Shown: positions 19,107 through 28,632 of the stretch, one piece after another
How positions within the stretch are numbered: the first letter of the stretch is position 1
Layout: every line of letters starts with the position of its first letter
Assembly (NCBI GenBank): GCA_963757605.1
Contig: CAVWSF010000001.1
Coordinates: 537,531-601,530, forward strand
Direction of reading: 5' to 3'
Length of the DNA stretch: 64,000 bases
From: an uncultured Actinomycetes bacterium
GTDB taxonomy: Bacteria > Actinomycetota > Thermoleophilia > Gaiellales > JAICJC01
The notes under the pieces: model-generated
Seen by the model: only the letters and a program-made list of their open reading frames with translations
Told to the model about the DNA's origin: nothing
Databases searched by the model: none
Program-made: the position numbers and the translations under genes

Positions 19107-20822
19107 TTGCCTGTAGAGTTCTGGGCGTTGGATTCGGGCAGCTACAAGTGGATCGCGCTCTCGAACACGACGCTGGGCGTGCTCCTCGCCACCCTCGACG
19201 CGTCGATCACGCTGATCGCGATGCCGGACATCTTCCGCGGCATCCACCTCGATCCGCTCGTCCCGTCCAACAGCTTCTACCTGCTGTGGATGATCCTCGG
19301 CTACCTGGTGGTGTCGAGCGTCATGATCGTCAGCCTCGGCCGCCTGGGCGACATGTACGGCCGGGTCAAGATCTACAATCTCGGCTTCGTCATCTACACC
19401 GTCGCCTCGCTCCTGCTCACAGTCGACTGGATGACCGGGCGCGACGGGGCGACCTACCTGATCGTGTTGCGGATCGTGCAGGGGCTGGGCGGAGCCTGCC
19501 TGCTTGCGAACGCGGCCGCGATCATCACCGACGCCTTCCCGTCCAACCAGCGCGGCATGGCGCTCGGCATCAACAACATCGTCGGGGTGAGCGGCATGTT
19601 CGTCGGGCTCGTGCTCGGCGGCATCCTGGCGCCGATCGACTGGCGCCTGGTCTTCCTCATCTCGGTTCCGGTGGGCCTCTTCGGGACCGTCTGGGCGTAC
19701 CTGAAGCTCGAAGAGCGCAGCACGCCCAGGCGGGCCTCGATCGACTGGTGGGGCAACGTCACGTTCGCGCTGGGGCTGGTGCTCCTGATGGTCTCGGTGA
19801 CCTACGGGATCCGGCCGGCGGGCGGCAGCTCCACCGGGTGGACGAGCCCGCGGGTCATCGTGCTGCTCTCGGGCGCCGCGATCAGCTTCATCGTGTTCGC
19901 GATCGCCGAGCAGCGCGTCGCCGAGCCGATGTTCCGGCTGCCGCTCTTCCGCATCCGGGCGTTCACCTTCGGCACGCTCTCGACCTTCCTCTCGGCGGTC
20001 GCCCGCGGCGGGCTCATGTTCATGCTCATCATCTGGCTCCAGGGCATCTGGCTTCCTGAGCACGGCTACAGCTTCGAGCGCACGCCGCTCTGGGCCGGGA
20101 TCTACATGCTGCCGCTCACGCTCGGCATGCTGGTCGCGGGGCCCGCGTCCGGCTACCTCTCCGACCGCTTCGGAGCGCGGCCGTTCGCGACCGGCGGGAT
20201 GCTCGCGGCGGCGGTCAGCTTCGGGCTCCTGATGCTGCTCCCGACCGACTTCCAGTACACGGAATTCGCGGCCATCCTCGCGCTGACCGGGATCTCGATG
20301 GGCATGTTCGCCTCGCCCAACCGCGCCGGCGTCATGAACAGCCTGCCCGCGGGCGACCGCGGAGCCGGCGGCGGCATGAACCAGACGTTCCAGAACTCCG
20401 CCCAGGTGCTCTCGATCGGGATCTTCTTCACGCTCATGATCCTGGGCCTCGCGGCGACGCTCCCCGAGACGCTCCTCGGCGGCCTCCAGGCCCACGGCGT
20501 GCCGCACGCCACCGCCGCGCGGCTCGCGCACCTGCCGCCCGTCTCGATCCTGTTCGCCGCGTTCCTGGGCTACAACCCGATCGAGCACCTCCTGGGGGCG
20601 GGGTCGCTCCACGCCCTCTCGGCCCACAACCAGGCGGCGCTGACCGGGCCGTCGTTCTTCCCGAACCTGATCTCCGGGCCGTTCCAGGACGGGCTGCACG
20701 CGGCGTTCACGTTCGCGATCGTCGCCTGCCTCGTCGCCGCCGCCGCGTCGCTCATGCGCGGGGCGCCGGCCGCCGCGGAGGGCGGCGCTGGCCGGGCGGT
20801 CGTCCCAGCGCGGCGCATCTAG
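19107..20822 (+). CDS. MFS transporter, DHA2 (EmrB/QacA, 14-TM) type
   Basis: LDASITLIAMPDI and GRLGDMYGR motifs with about 14 hydrophobic segments. The start is uncertain (TTG 19107 or TTG 19128). Confidence 0.8.
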   Translation: MPVEFWALDSGSYKWIALSNTTLGVLLATLDASITLIAMPDIFRGIHLDPLVPSNSFYLLWMILGYLVVSSVMIVSLGRLGDMYGRVKIYNLGFVIYTVASLLLTVDWMTGRDGATYLIVLRIVQGLGGACLLANAAAIITDAFPSNQRGMALGINNIVGVSGMFVGLVLGGILAPIDWRLVFLISVPVGLFGTVWAYLKLEERSTPRRASIDWWGNVTFALGLVLLMVSVTYGIRPAGGSSTGWTSPRVIVLLSGAAISFIVFAIAEQRVAEPMFRLPLFRIRAFTFGTLSTFLSAVARGGLMFMLIIWLQGIWLPEHGYSFERTPLWAGIYMLPLTLGMLVAGPASGYLSDRFGARPFATGGMLAAAVSFGLLMLLPTDFQYTEFAAILALTGISMGMFASPNRAGVMNSLPAGDRGAGGGMNQTFQNSAQVLSIGIFFTLMILGLAATLPETLLGGLQAHGVPHATAARLAHLPPVSILFAAFLGYNPIEHLLGAGSLHALSAHNQAALTGPSFFPNLISGPFQDGLHAAFTFAIVACLVAAAASLMRGAPAAAEGGAGRAVVPARRI

Positions 20823-20852
20823 AATCCGGCCATCGCCAGCTTCCACGTCATC

Positions 20853-21131
20853 ATGCACCGCTCGGGCCCCGAGTGGATCGAGGGCGCTCCGCTCGAGGAG
20901 CAGTCCGGCTGGGAGGCCCACGCCGAGTTCATGGATGGCCTGGTCGACCAGGGCTTCATCGTGCTCGGCGGCCCGCTCTCCGACGAGTTCCGCGTCGTCC
21001 ACGTCGTCGAGGCCGGCTCCGAGGACGATGTCCGCGCGACGCTCGCGCGCGATCCGTGGAGCGAGAGCCATCTCCAGGTCGCGGCCGTCGATCCGTGGAC
21101 GCTGCGGCTCGACGCGCGGAAGACCGTGTAG
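20853..21131 (+). CDS. YciI-like (YCII-related) protein
   Basis: 92 aa with the typical H..F...L...G....GGPL pattern and length. Confidence 0.65.
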   Translation: MHRSGPEWIEGAPLEEQSGWEAHAEFMDGLVDQGFIVLGGPLSDEFRVVHVVEAGSEDDVRATLARDPWSESHLQVAAVDPWTLRLDARKTV

Positions 21132-21437
21132 CTACGCGAGGTCTGCGACGGTGCGGCCCGAGGCCGCGAGCGCGGCCACGAACCGGCGCATGCCCGGGTC
21201 GGCGGCACACGGCAGGAGCGCCACCTCGTAGCCGCCGTCGAGGAGGGCCATCACCTGGTCGACGATCGCGGCAACCAGCGGATGGGCGACGTCGGCGGGC
21301 AGGGTCGCCGGCGGCAGCGCGACGACGCCCCAGCCGCTGAGCGCGAGGTCGCTCAGGCGGTCGCGGGCGCCCTCCGGCGGGTTCACGACCACGTCGGGCA
21401 CCACGACGACCCGGCGCGAGCGCGCGTCACCCCGCAT
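21132..21437 (-). CDS. small acidic protein of unknown function, partner of the TudS-like gene (copy 1)
   Basis: ATG 21437 overlaps the upstream gene's end by 11 nt. Paralog of 32529-32870, sharing DAR..RV, (V/L)NP, WG...LP, PL(V/L) and GY blocks. Confidence 0.6.
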   Translation of the reverse strand: MRGDARSRRVVVVPDVVVNPPEGARDRLSDLALSGWGVVALPPATLPADVAHPLVAAIVDQVMALLDGGYEVALLPCAADPGMRRFVAALAASGRTVADLA

Positions 21438-21987
21438 CGCCGGCCCCCTCCCCGAACATCGCGTCGAGCTTCGCCAGCTCCTTCGCCTCGTCGTAGTCGA
21501 ACAGATCCTGGCCAATGCCGACCGCACGGACGTGCAGGATGACGCCGGAGAGCAGATCGAGCAGCGTCTCGGTGAAGAGGCCCGCCCCGAGCGTGACCGG
21601 GTAGTCCTCGTCGCGCGGCTTGTCGGGCCGCCCGCCCCACTCCGGGCTGGCCGCCGTCAGCTCGACTCCCATGCTCGGGCTGCCGTCGATCCCGATCACG
21701 ATCACCCGGGCGCCGGTCGCCAGGTCGGCCCGGATCTGGGCGGCGACCGGCTCGGCCAGGCGGCGGCAGTGGGCCCGGTAGACCGGCGTGTCGTACTGCT
21801 CGCGCACCGCCCAGAAGCGGCTCGTGCCGCCGAAGGCGAGCTCCGGGCACGGCATCTGCCGGATCGTGCAGTCGTGATCGCGAAGGAGCGCCAGGACCGG
21901 CGAGGAGACGCCCTGGCAGCGGGCGCCCTCGTCGACCTTGGCGTTCGCGTTCAGGAGGCAGTGGGCCAGGTAGCAGACCGTCTTCAT
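21427..21987 (-). CDS. divergent TudS/DUF523-like Cys-rich protein (copy 1)
   Basis: 186 aa. The ATG overlaps the upstream stop (ATGA). Blocks are AHCLLN, GARC, QMPCPELAF and GIDGSPSMGV, in the same order as the DUF523 CLLG / CPE / SPSCG motifs. Paralog of 31983-32528. Confidence 0.7.
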   Translation of the reverse strand: MKTVCYLAHCLLNANAKVDEGARCQGVSSPVLALLRDHDCTIRQMPCPELAFGGTSRFWAVREQYDTPVYRAHCRRLAEPVAAQIRADLATGARVIVIGIDGSPSMGVELTAASPEWGGRPDKPRDEDYPVTLGAGLFTETLLDLLSGVILHVRAVGIGQDLFDYDEAKELAKLDAMFGEGAGDAG

Positions 21988-23012
21988 GGCACCATCACGA
22001 TCTTGCCGACGTGGCGGCGCTCGTCCATGTAGGCGTGGGCGTCCGCGGCCGCCGACAGCGGGAACGTGCGGTCGACTGGGACGGCGATCCGGCCGTCGAG
22101 CGCCATCCGAAGCGCGGTGCGGATCTCGTCCGGGGTCGCCATCCGGAAGCCGAGGATGCGGTGGCCGCGCCGGAAGAGCTCGATGACGTCGAGCCGCACC
22201 ACCTCGCCGGCGTGCGCGCCGCAGGTGACGAGTCGGCCGTCCGGCGCCATCGCCGCCAGGTGCTCCCCGAACCGCGGGCCGCCGGTGGTGTCGACGACGA
22301 CGTCCACCCCGCGGCCCTCGGTGGCCTCCGACACGACCTCGGCGACCGACGTCTCGCGGTAGCAGAAGACGACATCGGCGCCCAGCGCCCGCACCGGCTC
22401 GACCTTCTCGGGCGCTCCCACCGACGCGATCACCCGGGCGCCCGCGATCCGGGCGGCCTGGACGGCGGCACTCGCGACGCCTCCCGAGGCGGAGGGCACG
22501 AGCACCGTCTCGCCGGCCCGGACGGCGGCGACGCTCACGATCATCGACCACGCCGTCGAGGCCACGCACTGGGCGGCCGCCGCGGGCACGAGCTCGTCCT
22601 CCCCACGCAGCGGGATCACGGCCCGGGCGGGCACGACCGCGAGCTCCGCGTAGCCGCCCCAGCGGTCGGTGCCGAACACCACGAAGCGCTCACACAGGTC
22701 CTGCCGCCAGCGCGCGCACGCCGGGCACGCGCCGCACGCGTACTGCTGGTAGGCGGTCACCGGGTCGCCAGGCGAGATCCCCTCGACCTCCACGCCGACC
22801 GCCGCGACCGTCCCGGCGAACTCGGCGCCGAGCACCCACGGGAGCGGGAACGGCCACCGCGACGTCCCGGCGCGGGAGTCGAGGTCGCTGTGGTTCAGGC
22901 CGCACGCGCGCACCTCGAGGATCACCTCGTCGGCGGCCGGCACGGGGTCGGCGAGCTCCTCCCAGCGCAACACCTCGGGCCCGCCGTACTCGCGAAACGC
23001 CGCCGCGTGCAC
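21984..23012 (-). CDS. zinc-type MDR alcohol dehydrogenase / oxidoreductase
   Basis: 342 aa. GroES-like N-terminus with a Cys cluster (CGACPAC) and a Rossmann segment VPSASGGVASAAVQ. Confidence 0.8.
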   Translation of the reverse strand: MHAAAFREYGGPEVLRWEELADPVPAADEVILEVRACGLNHSDLDSRAGTSRWPFPLPWVLGAEFAGTVAAVGVEVEGISPGDPVTAYQQYACGACPACARWRQDLCERFVVFGTDRWGGYAELAVVPARAVIPLRGEDELVPAAAAQCVASTAWSMIVSVAAVRAGETVLVPSASGGVASAAVQAARIAGARVIASVGAPEKVEPVRALGADVVFCYRETSVAEVVSEATEGRGVDVVVDTTGGPRFGEHLAAMAPDGRLVTCGAHAGEVVRLDVIELFRRGHRILGFRMATPDEIRTALRMALDGRIAVPVDRTFPLSAAADAHAYMDERRHVGKIVMVP

Positions 23013-23015
23013 CGA

Positions 23016-23750
23016 CTAGCCTCGATACCCCTGCATGCCCGAGTAGGCGATGGCCTCCGGCCACCCGTACGCCCCGGTCTTGCTCGTCCGAAGGCCGGAG
23101 CGCCACAGCCCGTAGGCGGTCATCGCGCCGAACGCGACGCCGTCGCAGACCGGCACGCCGACCTCGGCCGTGACCGCCCTCGCGACGTCCGCCATCCCTC
23201 CGCACGCCAGGACGAGCGCCTCGGCGCCGGCGCCGGAGACGACCCGGCGGCCGGCGGCGACGATCGCCGCCGTCGTGTCGGGGTTGTGGCTGCCCTGGTC
23301 GGCGACGGGGATGCCGAGCGGCTCGACGGCCACGCAACGGCTGCGCATGCCATGCCGGTCGAGGGCGTCCTCGATCTCGGGGACGCTGCGCGGAAGCGTC
23401 GTGACCACGGCGAACCGGCGGGCGATCGTGACCGCCGCCTGGAACGCGGCCTCGCCGATCCCCACCACGGGCGCCTCGGTCAGCTCGCGGGCCGCGCCGA
23501 CGCCTGGGTCGCCGAAGCACGCGATCAGATAGGCGTCGTGCGCCGGGAGCTCGCGCACGAGCTCGGCCACGGCGGCGGCCGCCACCACGGAGTCGGCCTC
23601 GCTCTCGATCGAGGTCGGCCCCCGCTCGGGCGACACGGCCGTCACCTCGCAGCCGTCCGGCAGCGTGTCGCGCACGACCGCGCCCATCGCCTCGGTGTGG
23701 CGGGCGTCGGTGTTGGGGTTCAAGAGGGCGAGCCGGAAGACGGCGCTCAC
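23016..23750 (-). CDS. Asp/Glu/hydantoin racemase family protein
   Basis: GTG 23750 overlaps the upstream stop (GTGA). Two Cys blocks, IACFGDPG and LACGGM, are typical of the family. Confidence 0.75.
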   Translation of the reverse strand: MSAVFRLALLNPNTDARHTEAMGAVVRDTLPDGCEVTAVSPERGPTSIESEADSVVAAAAVAELVRELPAHDAYLIACFGDPGVGAARELTEAPVVGIGEAAFQAAVTIARRFAVVTTLPRSVPEIEDALDRHGMRSRCVAVEPLGIPVADQGSHNPDTTAAIVAAGRRVVSGAGAEALVLACGGMADVARAVTAEVGVPVCDGVAFGAMTAYGLWRSGLRTSKTGAYGWPEAIAYSGMQGYRG

Positions 23751-25156
23751 TCCCCGCTCGCCGCCGGCTCGAGAGGCGCCGCCAGCGAGTGGTCGTCGTG
23801 GCAGGACAGGTACGCGCCCGACCCCGGCTCGGCCACGATCTCGCCGTCGGCGTAGACGGTCTCGCCGCGCACCAGCGTCCGCACGACCCGGGCCCGCACC
23901 CGCCGGCCGTCGAACGGTGACCACGGGTTCTTCGAGAACTGCTGGCTCTTCGCGTCGACCACCCACTCCGAGTCGAGGTCGTAGAGCACGACGTCGGCGT
24001 CGGCGCCCGGGAGGAGCGAGCCCTTGCGGGGGTAGAGACCGGCGATCCGGGCGGCGTTCGTCGCCGCGAAGCGCACGAACGCGTCGAGCGGCATGCCGCG
24101 CCGGTGGTAGGCCTCGTCGAGCACGAGCGGCACGGTCTCCTGGATCACCTGGCACCCGAGGAGGGCGTCGAAGATGTTGTCCCAGCCCGGCTCCTTCTCC
24201 TCCAGCGTGTAGGCCGAGTGGTCGGACACCAGGCAGTCGGCGGTGCCGTCGAGCACGGCGTCCCAGAGCCGCTCGACCAGCGCCCGCTCGCGCAGCGCCG
24301 GCGCGCACACCCCGTAGGGGCCGAGGCGCACGAGGTCGTCGAGGTCGAGCAGCAGGTGGTGCGGGCAGACCTCCATGGTCGCCGGCCGGCCCTCCGCCTT
24401 CTCGCGCCGGACGAGGTCGGCGCTCACGGGGCTCGAGACGTGCACGATCTGGATGCGGACACCCGCGTGGGCGGCGAGGAAGAGCGCCCGGTGGACGGCC
24501 TCCTCCTCGACGAACGCCGGCCGCGCCTCGTGGTGGGCGAGCGGGTCGCGGCGGCCGGTGGCGGCCATCCTGGCGAGCCCGTCCTGGAGCAGCGAGTCGT
24601 TCTCGGCGTGCACGAGCACGAGCCCGCCGAGCTCCTTCACCCGCCGCATCCCGTCCAGGAACTCCGCGTCGGTGACGTTGGGGTAAGACGGGTCGGAGAC
24701 CGGCATGAACGCCTTGAACCCCGGCGCCCCCTCCCCCCACTGCGCGGCGATCTCCGGGAGCGACGGCGCGGTGAGCGCGCCCCACAGGCCGAAGTCGACG
24801 ACCACCTTCCGGCGGGCCATCTCGCGCTTCTCGCGGTAGAGCTCGGCGGTCGTGACGGGCGGATAGGTGAGCGGGTGCTCCATCACCGTCGTGAAGCCGC
24901 CGGCGGCCGCCGACATCGTGCCGGTCATGAAGTCCTCGCGCTCGGTGTGGCCCGGGTCCTCGAAGTGGGCGTGCATGTCGATCGCGCCGGGCATCACCAC
25001 GAGCCCGGTCGCGTCGATCAGCTCGTCGGCGGCGCCGGCCCCGCCCGGATCGGCGATCGCGGCCACGCGCCCGCCCTCGATCGCGAGGTCGGCCCGAAAC
25101 ACCCCCGCCGCCGTCGCGAGCGTCCCGCCGGCGACGACCGTGCGCCGGCCGCTCAT
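23747..25156 (-). CDS. cyclic amidohydrolase (allantoinase / hydantoinase / dihydropyrimidinase family)
   Basis: 469 aa. HxH block (AIDMHAHF), carbamyl-Lys context (APGFKAFM), VHAEN and the Asp block VSDHSAY. Confidence 0.85.
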   Translation of the reverse strand: MSGRRTVVAGGTLATAAGVFRADLAIEGGRVAAIADPGGAGAADELIDATGLVVMPGAIDMHAHFEDPGHTEREDFMTGTMSAAAGGFTTVMEHPLTYPPVTTAELYREKREMARRKVVVDFGLWGALTAPSLPEIAAQWGEGAPGFKAFMPVSDPSYPNVTDAEFLDGMRRVKELGGLVLVHAENDSLLQDGLARMAATGRRDPLAHHEARPAFVEEEAVHRALFLAAHAGVRIQIVHVSSPVSADLVRREKAEGRPATMEVCPHHLLLDLDDLVRLGPYGVCAPALRERALVERLWDAVLDGTADCLVSDHSAYTLEEKEPGWDNIFDALLGCQVIQETVPLVLDEAYHRRGMPLDAFVRFAATNAARIAGLYPRKGSLLPGADADVVLYDLDSEWVVDAKSQQFSKNPWSPFDGRRVRARVVRTLVRGETVYADGEIVAEPGSGAYLSCHDDHSLAAPLEPAASGE

Positions 25157-25791
25157 CCGTCCTCCTCCGCGTGCATGCGCCGCAGCACCGGGCCGGGCAC
25201 GCCCAGCGTGCCCATGTGGTGCACGAGCCGGCCGCGGGCGTCCTCCCAGCGGTCGTCGAGCCACGCCCTGAGGCCCAGGCCGTCGATCAGGCGGGCGAGC
25301 ACGGACGCCTCGGCCGCCGCGTCGATGTTGGCGAGAAGGCCGGCCTCCCGCGCCCGCTCGAGCACGGCCCTGATCTCGCGCTCCCACATCGCGTCGGTCT
25401 CGACCAACTGCGCAGCGAAGGCCGGGTCGCGGCCCGCGTACGTCCACATCTCGCCCCAGAGCCGCCACTCCGCCCGCCGGCTGGGATCCGTCGGGAGCGC
25501 CAGGTGGACGATCGCGATCAGCTGCTCCTCCGGCCCTCCGGCCCGGGCAAGCCGGTGGTGGAGCTCGGCGAACCAGTCCTCGGACGCCGCCAGGAACGCC
25601 CCGACGATCACCGCCTGCTTGTCGGGGAAGTAGTGCGTGAGAACGCCGGTCGTGAAGCCGCCCTCGCGCGAGATGTCGCGCATGGTGGTCGTCTCGAGGC
25701 CGTTGCGGACGATGACGCGGCAGGCCGCCTCGCACACCTCCCGGCGGCGGCGCTCGGAGCGCTCGCTCGTGGACGGGTGCGACGCGCTCAC
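25153..25791 (-). CDS. TetR family transcriptional regulator
   Basis: N-terminal HTH TTMRDISREGGFTTGVLTHYF. Both gene ends overlap their neighbours by 4 nt. Confidence 0.85.
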   Translation of the reverse strand: MSASHPSTSERSERRRREVCEAACRVIVRNGLETTTMRDISREGGFTTGVLTHYFPDKQAVIVGAFLAASEDWFAELHHRLARAGGPEEQLIAIVHLALPTDPSRRAEWRLWGEMWTYAGRDPAFAAQLVETDAMWEREIRAVLERAREAGLLANIDAAAEASVLARLIDGLGLRAWLDDRWEDARGRLVHHMGTLGVPGPVLRRMHAEEDG

Positions 25792-27011
25792 AGGAGCGAC
25801 CTCAGGGTCCCGGTGAGGACCGCGATCGCGGCGGCGATATCGGCCTCGCTTGAGAGCTCGTCGGGGCGGTGGCTCACGCCCCCGTTCAGGCTGCGCACGA
25901 AGAGCATCCCGGCATCGACTCCGGCGGCGGCCAGGATCCCCGCGTCGTGGCCGGCGCCCGAGGCCATCTCGGCGACCGGCACGCCTGCGCTGCCCGCTGC
26001 CGACTGGACGGCGGCTCGGACGCGCGGCGAGAGCGACACCGGCTCCGAGCGCCAGGCGCGGACGGCGTCGACCCCGCACCGGTTCCGGGTGGCGACCTCG
26101 GCGGCGACGGCGGGCACGGCCGCGACCAGGAGGTCGAGCGCGGCCGCCGACGGGGCGCGCACGTCGACGGTCGCCCGCACGACGCCGGGGATCACGTTCG
26201 CGGCCGGCTGCGCGATCGCCACGTCGCCGATGGTGGCCACGGCGCCGGGCACCTCGAGCGCCCGCTCGCGCAGGCGCACCGCGAGGTCGGCGCAGGCGGC
26301 GAAGGCGTCGCTGCGGCCGGCCATCGGCACCGTGCCGGCGTGGCCGGACGCGCCCCGGAACGTCACGTTGAAGCCGGCCATCCCGGCGATCGCCGTGACG
26401 TCGGCGAGCGCGTAGCCGGCCGTGTCGAGCGCCGGCCCCTGCTCGATGTGCACCTCGACGTACGCCGCCGGCAACGTGACGTCGACCGGTGGGCCGGGCA
26501 GGCCGAGTGCGGCCAGCGCCTCCTCGATGGTGACCCCCGCGGCGTCGGCGCGGGCCAGCCCGACGGGCCCGACCTGGCCGGCGACGCTGCGGCTTCCGAA
26601 GCAGCCCTCCCCGAACCGCCAGCCCTCCTCGTCGCGGAAGACGACGACCGCGAGCGGCGCGCCGGGTGCGTCGTCTGCGACCGCCGCGACGGCCTCGATC
26701 GCGGCGACGACGCCGAGCGCGCCGTCGAAGCGGCCGCCCGACGGCACGGTGTCGACGTGCGAGCCCGACCAGACCACACCGGCGGCCGGAGCGCCGGACG
26801 GCCGCGCGTACAGATTCCCCGCCGAGTCGCGTGAGACCGCCATCCCGTCCTCCTCGCACCAGGCGGCGACGAGCGCGTGGGCCTCGTCCTCGAGGACGCT
26901 CAGCCCGGGCCTGGTGATCCCGCCGCTTTGGCCGTCGGAGCCCACACGGGCGAGGAGGTCGAGCCTTTCCATCGCCCTCTCAGCGCGCGGGATGCTGGTG
27001 ATCTGCTCCAT
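25788..27011 (-). CDS. M20 ureidohydrolase (N-carbamoyl-L-amino-acid hydrolase / allantoate amidohydrolase type)
   Basis: 407 aa with blocks SGSHVDTVPSGGRFDGALGV, EEGWRFG, GHAGT.PM and SGAGHDAG. Confidence 0.85.
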   Translation of the reverse strand: MEQITSIPRAERAMERLDLLARVGSDGQSGGITRPGLSVLEDEAHALVAAWCEEDGMAVSRDSAGNLYARPSGAPAAGVVWSGSHVDTVPSGGRFDGALGVVAAIEAVAAVADDAPGAPLAVVVFRDEEGWRFGEGCFGSRSVAGQVGPVGLARADAAGVTIEEALAALGLPGPPVDVTLPAAYVEVHIEQGPALDTAGYALADVTAIAGMAGFNVTFRGASGHAGTVPMAGRSDAFAACADLAVRLRERALEVPGAVATIGDVAIAQPAANVIPGVVRATVDVRAPSAAALDLLVAAVPAVAAEVATRNRCGVDAVRAWRSEPVSLSPRVRAAVQSAAGSAGVPVAEMASGAGHDAGILAAAGVDAGMLFVRSLNGGVSHRPDELSSEADIAAAIAVLTGTLRSLL

Positions 27012-27029
27012 GGGCCGGCGCGGTAGACT

Positions 27030-27056
27030 CGTCCATCATAATGGTTGTGATGGACG
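27030..27056. promoter_or_regulatory. candidate operator: perfect inverted repeat CGTCCATCA-N9-TGATGGACG
   Basis: 9-bp arms with an AT-rich spacer TAATGGTTG. It is centred in the 58-bp divergent gap between the M20 operon (which includes the TetR gene) and the SDR gene. Confidence 0.5.
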
Positions 27057-27069
27057 GGACGTAGCCGCC

Positions 27070-27852
27070 GTGGATCTCGGGCTCAAGGGATGCGTTGCGA
27101 TCGTCGGCGGGGCATCGTCCGGCATGGGCCGGGCCTGCGCCGTGGCGCTCGCACGGGAGGGCTGCAACGTCGCGGTCTTCGCCCGCCGGCGCGAGCTCCT
27201 CGACGAGGTGGTCGCCGAGATCGAGGCCCTCGGGAGCGGCGCGCAGGCGCTCGCGGTCGCCGGCGACTCGGCGCTTCCCGCCGACCTCGAGGCGCTGGTC
27301 GAGCGGACGCTCGAGCGCTTCGGCCGGCTCGACATCGTCGTCAACAACACCGGCGGCCCGCCCGCGGGGACGTTCGAGGACTTCGACGACGACGCCTGGC
27401 GTCGGGCCTGGGACCTGACGCTCATGTCGACGCTGCGCCTGACCCGGCTCGCCCTTCCGGAGCTCCGAAAGAGCGGCCGCGGCCGGGTCGTCAACATCAC
27501 CTCGTCGGCGGTGAAAGAGCCGAACGAGGGCCTCCTGCTCTCGAACACCTACCGGCCCGGCGTGATCGGCTGGGCCAAGACGCTGTCGCAGGACGAGGGC
27601 CCGCACGGCGTCACCGTGAACTCCATCGCTCCCGGCTTCATCGACACCGAGCGGATGAAGAACCTCTACGCCGGCGGCGCCGACCCCGAGGGCGACCGCA
27701 CCCGTGACGAGGCGCTGATCCCGGCCCGCCGGTTCGGCGACCCGGCCGAGATCGGCGACCTGTGCGCGTTTCTCTGCTCGACCAACGCCGCCTACCTGAA
27801 CGGCATCACCGTCCTCATGGACGGCGGCCTGGCGAAGGGGCTTCTGAGCTGA
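27070..27852 (+). CDS. SDR family oxidoreductase
   Basis: GTG 27070. Blocks VGGASSGMG, NNTGG and the Y...K context (SNTYRPGVIGWAKTL). Confidence 0.8.
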   Translation: MDLGLKGCVAIVGGASSGMGRACAVALAREGCNVAVFARRRELLDEVVAEIEALGSGAQALAVAGDSALPADLEALVERTLERFGRLDIVVNNTGGPPAGTFEDFDDDAWRRAWDLTLMSTLRLTRLALPELRKSGRGRVVNITSSAVKEPNEGLLLSNTYRPGVIGWAKTLSQDEGPHGVTVNSIAPGFIDTERMKNLYAGGADPEGDRTRDEALIPARRFGDPAEIGDLCAFLCSTNAAYLNGITVLMDGGLAKGLLS

Positions 27853-28632
27853 GCGGCCGGCTGGCCGGCAAGTCCGTCGTGGTCACGGGCGGCTCGTCGG
27901 GGCTCGGCCGGGCGATGTCGCTCGCGTTCGCGCGCGAAGGCGCCGACGTGGTGATCGGCGACGTGCGCGAGGATCCGCGCGAGGGCGGACGGCCGACGGT
28001 CGAGCTGATCGCCGAGGCGGGCGGGAGCGGCGTCTTCCTCGAAGCGGACGCGGGCCGCTGGGACGACATCGACCGGCTGGTGCGAACGGCGGTCGAGCGG
28101 CGCGGACGGCTCGACGTCGATGGTTCCGAACGCGATCGTGGCCGGGCCGCACTCCAGAGGGCTCCTCGACACGACCGAGGAGGACTGGGACGCGATGATG
28201 CACGTCGGCCTGCGCGGCGTCTTCCTCTGCTGCAAGCGCGCCGTCCAGCAGATGCTCGGCCAGGAGCCGGTCGCCGAGGCCCGCGGCCGGATCATCAACA
28301 TCTCCTCGCAGCACGGCATGATCGGCGCGCCCGGCCACGTGGCGTACTGCACGGCCAAAGGGGGAATCGTCAACCTGACCCGCCAGCTCGCGGTCGACTT
28401 CGGCCCGCAGGGCATCATCGTGAACGCCATCGCCCCCGGAAAGATCCTGACCCGGCCTGCCGACGAGCCCGACTCGCCGGAGGTGCTCGCCTACTCGCAT
28501 GCGCGCACGCCGTTCGCGCGGCTGGGCCGGCCCGCCGACGTGGCGGCCGCGGCCGTCTTCCTGGCCTCCGACGAGTGCACCTACGTGAGCGGTACGAACC
28601 TCATGGTGGACGGCGGCTGGATGGCCTACTGA
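27849..28632 (+). pseudogene. SDR family oxidoreductase, frameshift near 28117
   Basis: The N-terminal part (GKSVVVTGGSSGLGRAMSLAFAREGADVVIGD...GRLDV) is in one frame. The rest (MVPNAIVAG...SSQHGMIGAPGHVAYCTAKGG...LMVDGGWMAY) is in another. Paralog of the intact 31183-31953 gene. The start codon is unclear (CTG 27849 or GTG 27762). Confidence 0.7.

Noticed and set aside
19084-19127. Possible MarR operator in the MarR/MFS divergent gap (ACAG-N5-CTGT, CTAC-N15-GTAG)
   Set aside because: The arms are only 4 bp, which is too short to distinguish from chance.
23016-24785. 589-aa ORF and other long ORFs extending upstream of true starts (for example 14586-16652, 25153-26859, 42777-44831)
   Set aside because: Family motifs begin only at the internal starts listed in the features. 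The upstream extensions overlap neighbouring genes out of frame and are Arg/Pro-rich.
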